This document shows positions 59,574-64,000 of a DNA stretch of 64,000 nt, one piece after another; positions within the stretch are counted from its first letter, which is position 1; each line of letters starts with the position of its first letter. Location of the stretch: sequence record PQ351811; one strand, 5' to 3'. This DNA is from Shigella phage SSG23. The notes under the pieces were generated by a model, which made no database searches, had not been told where the DNA came from, and saw only the letters and a program-made list of their open reading frames with translations. The position numbers and the translations under genes were made by a program.

Positions 59574-60395
59574 ATGAGCGTATTTGAAATAATCACAGAA
59601 GACGAAAAGCCGTCTCCCCAAAAACGAAAGTCTAAACAGTGGGTCGAATTGGGTGTAGAATTTGCAAAAGCAAAAGCCAAAGGCATGACAGCTAAAGCAT
59701 TTGCAGATTCTAAGGGAATAGCCTATGCGACTTTCACTAAAAGTATGTCTCGTTATGCCAGCGAAATTAAAACAGCAATAGAAGTTGAAAAACTAAAAGG
59801 GAAAGGTGCAAAGGGTCTCAATAAGCAGCAACGCGCAATGATGATGATTAATGATTTTCGTGCGTCTATGCGTGCTGTATCAAAGAGTCGTCCTAAAGAA
59901 AAATCACAGGAATGGTTTACTAAAACAATAAAAGCGGGAATAAAGGGACACCAGATTGTAAAACCGCAAGTAGGGCGAATCTATACTTTTATGTATGATG
60001 CGAAGTATAAAGACACTTTGCCATATTGGGATGTTTTCCCGCTGATCATTTGTCTGGGTGATTCTAAGACAAAGGCGGGTAATACTGTAATGTTGGGTCT
60101 TAACTTACACTATGTAACGCCTAAAGCCCGTCAGCAGTTTCTGGAAGCACTTTTAAAGCAATATGCATCTACTCCTACCTTGAGCAATAAAACACGCTTG
60201 AAGATTAAATGGAGCGATGTAAAAGGTATGCGTGGTAGTGATCACATGATCAAAGCATACTTACCGGGACACATTAAAACAAAACTTGTGGAGATTAGCC
60301 CGAAAGACTGGAGCAATATTATCTATATGCCAACATATCAGTTTATGTCAAAAGGCAAGAAATACGACGCAAGGAAAGTTTGGAAGGATGCATAA
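59574..60395 (+). CDS. 2: DNA end protector protein gp2
   Basis: 273 aa (T4 gp2 about 274 aa); gene order. Confidence 0.7.
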   Translation: MSVFEIITEDEKPSPQKRKSKQWVELGVEFAKAKAKGMTAKAFADSKGIAYATFTKSMSRYASEIKTAIEVEKLKGKGAKGLNKQQRAMMMINDFRASMRAVSKSRPKEKSQEWFTKTIKAGIKGHQIVKPQVGRIYTFMYDAKYKDTLPYWDVFPLIICLGDSKTKAGNTVMLGLNLHYVTPKARQQFLEALLKQYASTPTLSNKTRLKIKWSDVKGMRGSDHMIKAYLPGHIKTKLVEISPKDWSNIIYMPTYQFMSKGKKYDARKVWKDA

Positions 60396-60400
60396 GATTA

Positions 60401-60426
60401 AGCCCGTCGTTGACGGGCTTTTTTAT
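60401..60426. terminator. bidirectional rho-independent terminator
   Basis: agcccg-tcgttga-cgggct hairpin followed by tttttt. Confidence 0.7.
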
Positions 60427-60680
60427 TATAGATCGATAGCATGAGCATAACCATGTAAGAAGTCTTTTAATTCTTCCTTATTGGTAACACGCTGTAAAAT
60501 CTCTAATGCCTTGTCGCGATCACGTAATGCACCTGAAAGGGATTTTATTTGATCATCCCTTTCTGCAATCTGCTTAAGCAGATCTGTATTGCATTTAGAC
60601 AAATAGAGAACTTCACCCCGCAATGTTGCTAATTCGTTATCCAAACGATCATAGAGTTTTAACAAAATGTCTTCTGTCAT
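60426..60680 (-). CDS. hypothetical coiled-coil protein (84 aa), antisense to its neighbours
   Basis: ATG with SD gagga; heptad-like sequence; ends at the bidirectional terminator. Confidence 0.5.
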   Translation of the reverse strand: MTEDILLKLYDRLDNELATLRGEVLYLSKCNTDLLKQIAERDDQIKSLSGALRDRDKALEILQRVTNKEELKDFLHGYAHAIDL

Positions 60681-60750
60681 AAGAAGTCCTCGTATAGTAC
60701 CCGTTTTATTTATTACTGTATAAAAATATAGTTATTGGTTAAAACATAAC

Positions 60751-60793
60751 CAAAACGAAGAAAGATCTTTAGAATAATAAAAATTTGTTTCGG
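60751..60793 (+). repeat. copy C of the conserved intergenic motif
   Basis: caaaacgaagaaagatctttagaataataaaaatttgtttcg matches copies A and B at 23176 and 23325. Confidence 0.6.
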
Positions 60794-60869
60794 TTAAAAA
60801 GTAGTCAGTGCCTCCGGCACGTCGCAAAGCGACAATTGTTAATAAATATTTTCATTTGAGGAATCGAAA

Positions 60870-61460
60870 ATGTCCAATCTCTTTAATTATGCTAACCCTA
60901 GCAACTGGCAGATTGCCATTCCAGATGGTCAACTAACAAAAGGCTTTACTTTAAATGCTCAAGGTGTTACACTTCCGGCTATAACCATTCCACCGACTAA
61001 ACAAGTTGCTGGTCAATATGGTTTGGCGGTCGCTGATTATCCTTCCAGTCATGTAGAGTTTGACCCGTTGGTAGTCCGGTTTATTGTCGATGAGCATTTG
61101 GAAAGCTATCTAAATCTTTACACATGGATGCTTTCTATAGTAGACTACAATAACGGTAACTCCACCGCGTGGAAGGATTCAATGCCGGAAGCCGTTCAAG
61201 TTCACATGATGGACAATGAACGCCGTAACATTGTATGCACCTTTAACTTTTATGGTTGTTGGTGTTCACAATTGGGGGAACTTGAGTTAACATACACCGA
61301 TGATATGCATGAATCTCTGGTGTGTACTGCAATTCTTCCATTTAAAACAATGAGCATTGAACGTGATGGTCAACTGATCGTTCCTCGCCCAGCAATTCAG
61401 GCGGCGGATCGTCAGCGAGTGGAAGGAATTAAAGCTATGCACCCTGCTTTTAGAAAGTAA
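60870..61460 (+). CDS. 3: tail completion / sheath stabiliser gp3, assigned by position
   Basis: lies between gene 2 and gene 1 as in T4; size close. Confidence 0.65.
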   Translation: MSNLFNYANPSNWQIAIPDGQLTKGFTLNAQGVTLPAITIPPTKQVAGQYGLAVADYPSSHVEFDPLVVRFIVDEHLESYLNLYTWMLSIVDYNNGNSTAWKDSMPEAVQVHMMDNERRNIVCTFNFYGCWCSQLGELELTYTDDMHESLVCTAILPFKTMSIERDGQLIVPRPAIQAADRQRVEGIKAMHPAFRK

Positions 61461-61475
61461 CAAGAGGCTTATATT

Positions 61476-62132
61476 ATGAAATTGATTGCACTTTGTGGTA
61501 AAAAACGCGTAGGAAAAGACACTGCCGCGTTAATCATTGATGGACACAGTTATCAACTGGCAGCACCGATCAAAGAAATCTTATGCGAATGTCAACCAGA
61601 CTTAGGTCTGACTTATCTTGACTTTGACGGGTTGGGGCGTGACAGAGAAGCCGATCTAGGTATTGATACCTACACCGCGCACAAGTGGTTTATTCAGTGT
61701 CTTCTTATGCTAGATTCGAAGTATGGCGGTAGCTCTTTTACTTGTGATCGTCTGGCTGAGATTTACAAGGTCGTTAATGAGATCGGAGAAAAACATAATA
61801 ACGTCTGGTCTATTCGTCTCATGTTAACCACTCTCGGTACTGACATAATGGTTAACTTGATTAATCCGCTTTATTGGTGTAATCTCTTCGTGAATGAGTT
61901 TATGAAGCGCAAAAATGAAGAAGGGTATTTTGTAGTAGTTGATGTGCGTCAGCCTATTGAAATTGCTCTCATGCGTACTATGGGTGCTAAGGTGTTGCAT
62001 ATTCAGCGTGATACTGGTATTGTATCGACTCACTCCACCGAAAAAGGAATTTTGCCTATTGACGGTGAAACCATTATCATAAATAATGGTACATTAGAAG
62101 AATTTGAAAGCGCGATTCTCGCGAACCTTTAA
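61476..62132 (+). CDS. 1: deoxynucleoside monophosphate kinase (gene 1)
   Basis: MKLIALCGKKRVGKDT P-loop; LGTDIMVN and other segments resemble remembered T4 gp1. Confidence 0.9.
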   Translation: MKLIALCGKKRVGKDTAALIIDGHSYQLAAPIKEILCECQPDLGLTYLDFDGLGRDREADLGIDTYTAHKWFIQCLLMLDSKYGGSSFTCDRLAEIYKVVNEIGEKHNNVWSIRLMLTTLGTDIMVNLINPLYWCNLFVNEFMKRKNEEGYFVVVDVRQPIEIALMRTMGAKVLHIQRDTGIVSTHSTEKGILPIDGETIIINNGTLEEFESAILANL

Positions 62133-62164
62133 TAAAAAGTTATCAACAAGTAGGAGATGTGAAT

Positions 62165-62425
62165 ATGTCCAATCAGCATGAACAAATGATTAATGTCCTG
62201 AAAGTACGTCTGTTTGACACTCAAGAAAAAGCCGCATTCTTAGAAGGCCAACTGAAAGATCGTGAGCGTGTCTTGATGGAACTGGTACGCATTCTGGGTA
62301 TTCAGCCAGACGAAAACGGCACTGTTTCCCTTGATGCTATTGTCGAAGAAGTAAAAGCACTTCTCCCTAAAGACGAAGCAGCGGAAGACGATAAAGAGGA
62401 AGTAGAACTGATCACGGAGGCTTGA
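62165..62425 (+). CDS. 57A: gp57A-like tail fibre assembly chaperone, assigned by position
   Basis: small coiled-coil acidic protein downstream of gene 1; start ATG 62165 with SD aggag. Confidence 0.5.
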   Translation: MSNQHEQMINVLKVRLFDTQEKAAFLEGQLKDRERVLMELVRILGIQPDENGTVSLDAIVEEVKALLPKDEAAEDDKEEVELITEA

Positions 62426-62427
62426 TT

Positions 62428-62892
62428 ATGACCCCGTTTCGAGAATCCGTTAAAGGTACATATGCGGCGGTTAAATTCACTGAGGATACACTAGACCGCA
62501 TTGAAAAATTGCAGGAGTTCTACAATCTGCCTAATGCCGTTCCTCGTGATAAACTTCATAGTACGATCTTATATTCTCGTGTTTATGTTCCGTTTATCCC
62601 AGAAGATGGTGAAAAGTTTTTAGGCTCTCTATGCCATCTGAAAGTGTTTGAAACTCAATCCGGTACTAATGCACTTGTGCTGGCATTTGAAAGCGACTAC
62701 ATGCAATTCAGACACGATATCGGCACTGCTTTAGGTGCGACGTGGGATTATCCTGAATATGTACCGCATATCACGCTTTCTTATGATGTTGGTGCGCGTA
62801 AATTTGGCACTGACCTAGAGTTCGATTTAGAGATTGTCCGATCTCATGAATATGTCGAAGATCTAGACCTGGAGTGGACGACCAAACTGTAA
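62428..62892 (+). CDS. 57B: gp57B-like protein, assigned by position
   Basis: size near T4 57B; start moved from TTG to ATG 62428 with SD cggagg. Confidence 0.5.
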   Translation: MTPFRESVKGTYAAVKFTEDTLDRIEKLQEFYNLPNAVPRDKLHSTILYSRVYVPFIPEDGEKFLGSLCHLKVFETQSGTNALVLAFESDYMQFRHDIGTALGATWDYPEYVPHITLSYDVGARKFGTDLEFDLEIVRSHEYVEDLDLEWTTKL

Positions 62893-62900
62893 TTCTATAC

Positions 62901-62930
62901 CCCGAAATTTTTTCGGGGTTTTTTGTTTTT
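62901..62930 (+). terminator. rho-independent terminator
   Basis: ccccgaaa-ttt-tttcgggg hairpin followed by a long T-run. Confidence 0.75.
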
Positions 62931-62935
62931 ATGTG

Positions 62936-62964
62936 TTGACAACCATAAACGACTATAGCATAAT
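62936..62964 (+). promoter_or_regulatory. PeSL-like early promoter
   Basis: ttgaca 62936-62941, cataat 62959-62964, leader gcacacatcgaaacga..aggagaatcaaa. Confidence 0.65.
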
Positions 62965-63004
62965 GCACACATCGAAACGAAACACACTTAGGAGAATCAA
63001 AAAA

Positions 63005-63382
63005 ATGATGATGATGTTTAAAGATAAATTCGAATGTCACTATACCCGTAACTTTGACTTAGTATCCCGCTACTACATTCATAAAGAAACTGGCACGCAA
63101 GTAGTTCTTGAATCTCACAGCGAAGTCGGATTCGATTCAACGAAAGTAGCAATTAGTGCTCGCTTCTGGGATAACGGAAAATTTGCTTATATTGCCTGGA
63201 ACGACGACGAAAATGTAATTACAGTAGCTTTCGGTGATGACTACTACACTAAAAAGACTTTTGATAGCAAGCCATCAAATGAATACCTGAAAGCGTATGT
63301 TCAGCACATGTTCCAACGTGTTCTGACCGGAATGGAAATCAATGTCATGAAAGACATTGTAGACGAAGTAAAATATTCTTAA
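63005..63382 (+). CDS. hypothetical early protein (125 aa)
   Basis: ATG 63005 right after the PeSL leader; the longer ORF-track start 62933 would overlap the promoter. Confidence 0.6.
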   Translation: MMMMFKDKFECHYTRNFDLVSRYYIHKETGTQVVLESHSEVGFDSTKVAISARFWDNGKFAYIAWNDDENVITVAFGDDYYTKKTFDSKPSNEYLKAYVQHMFQRVLTGMEINVMKDIVDEVKYS

Positions 63383-63388
63383 AAACAG

Positions 63389-63417
63389 TTGACAACATGA
63401 AACGGGGGTAGTAAGAT
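63389..63417 (+). promoter_or_regulatory. PeSL-like early promoter with spacer hairpin
   Basis: ttgaca 63389-63394, palindrome gggggtagtaagataccccc, taagat 63412-63417. Confidence 0.55.
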
Positions 63418-63448
63418 ACCCCCACAAACAAACGAAAGGAGAATCAAA

Positions 63449-63607
63449 ATGAAATTTATCGGTAAAACTTTTATGTTCGTAGCTGGTACTCTGTTTACTG
63501 CAACTCTGATAGCTGGTGGGTTGGATATCTTTACTGCCTTTGAAACTTTCGGGTATACTGTAGCGTCGGGTGCTCTCTTCGGATTAGGTTTAGCGATTAG
63601 CAAATAA
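63449..63607 (+). CDS. small hydrophobic protein (52 aa), not in ORF track
   Basis: ATG after leader aggagaatcaaa; two predicted transmembrane segments. Confidence 0.5.
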   Translation: MKFIGKTFMFVAGTLFTATLIAGGLDIFTAFETFGYTVASGALFGLGLAISK

Positions 63608-63616
63608 GGTGATAAT

Positions 63617-63811
63617 ATGGAATTGGATATGGTTAACGCAAAATTTATGGGTAAAGATAAGAAAGGTACAACATTTGTTATTAACAAAACATTGCTTCGC
63701 TCTGACCTTAAGTGGGTAACACAACAATTTGCGGAAGTCAATGAGGCTGTAGTGACCTGCTTTGTCGGTGATAAGAAAGTTTTTGAAATTGACCGTCGTG
63801 GGGGTGTCTAA
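63617..63811 (+). CDS. hypothetical protein (64 aa)
   Basis: SD aaggtga; translationally coupled to the next ORF (TAATG). Confidence 0.5.
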   Translation: MELDMVNAKFMGKDKKGTTFVINKTLLRSDLKWVTQQFAEVNEAVVTCFVGDKKVFEIDRRGGV

Positions 63812-64000
63812 TGATCACTAAACTGTTTAGCAATACTTTGTTTCTGATTGCATTTGTTTTCTTTCTGTGTCTGATCATCGGTGTGATTGCAGTCGGTAGT
63901 TATTCCGGTATTACACTAGATGATTTTTGTACATTGGTTTTCTTCTCAAGTGTTCCTACACTCCTGATCGCTGTATGTGGTGCTTTTAGATGGATCTGTG
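63811..64000 (+). CDS. hydrophobic membrane protein, 3'-truncated by the window end
   Basis: ATG overlaps upstream stop; hydrophobic translation MITKLFSNTLFLIAFVFFLCLIIGVIAV... Confidence 0.4.
   Translation, partial: MITKLFSNTLFLIAFVFFLCLIIGVIAVGSYSGITLDDFCTLVFFSSVPTLLIAVCGAFRWIC

Noticed and set aside
63379-63741. 120-aa ORF on the - strand at the right end
   Set aside because: Antisense to three cassette-driven + strand ORFs with proper SDs; no start context.

Overview
This window is a 64-kb segment of a T4-like (Tevenvirinae-type) myovirus genome; the sequence is AT-rich and gene-dense. Gene calls rest on ORF structure, start-codon and SD inspection, motifs read from the translations, remembered similarity to T4 proteins, and T4 gene order; no database search was run. 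Several ORF-track starts are GTG/TTG extensions and were moved to internal ATGs (uvsW, gp15, gp25, gp5.1, hoc2, 57A, 57B, the DUF262 gene, the fibre-like gene). Layout: (1) 1-7.5 kb, + strand: early accessory region of small ORFs, each behind a repeated sigma70-type promoter/stem-loop/leader cassette (PeSL-like), including a C5-MTase-like protein, a Zn-ribbon protein and a DUF262 protein, then alt, a shorter ADP-ribosyltransferase paralogue and a lipoprotein. (2) 7.5-15.2 kb: baseplate hub genes 54-48-29-28-27-51 (-), then 26, 25, uvsY (+). (3) 15.4-17.3 kb: uvsW.1 and uvsW (-). (4) 17.3-24.1 kb (+): an acidic protein, two tandem hoc paralogues (about 8 and 3 Ig-like domains), small membrane/HTH genes, a 413-bp non-coding region with a repeated motif, and a DprA/Smf-like gene. 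(5) 24.1-59.0 kb (-): late structural block 24, a four-gene accessory late operon with a collagen-like fibre-like protein, 23, 22, 21, 68, 67, 20, 19, 18, 17, 16, 15, 14, 13, wac, 12, 11, 10, 9, a three-gene early-promoter cassette with an HsdM-like N6-methyltransferase core, 8, 7, 6, 5.4, 5.1, 5, 53, with TATAAATA late promoters about 20-40 nt upstream of many of these genes. (6) 59-64 kb (+): 4, 2, an antisense small gene, 3, gene 1 (dNMP kinase), 57A, 57B and more cassette-driven early ORFs. No tRNA, CRISPR array, integrase, transposase or clear homing endonuclease was recognised. The strongest candidates for something new are the methyltransferase cassette between gp8 and gp9, the late operon between gp23 and gp24, and the MTase-like/Zn-ribbon/DUF262 early cluster.
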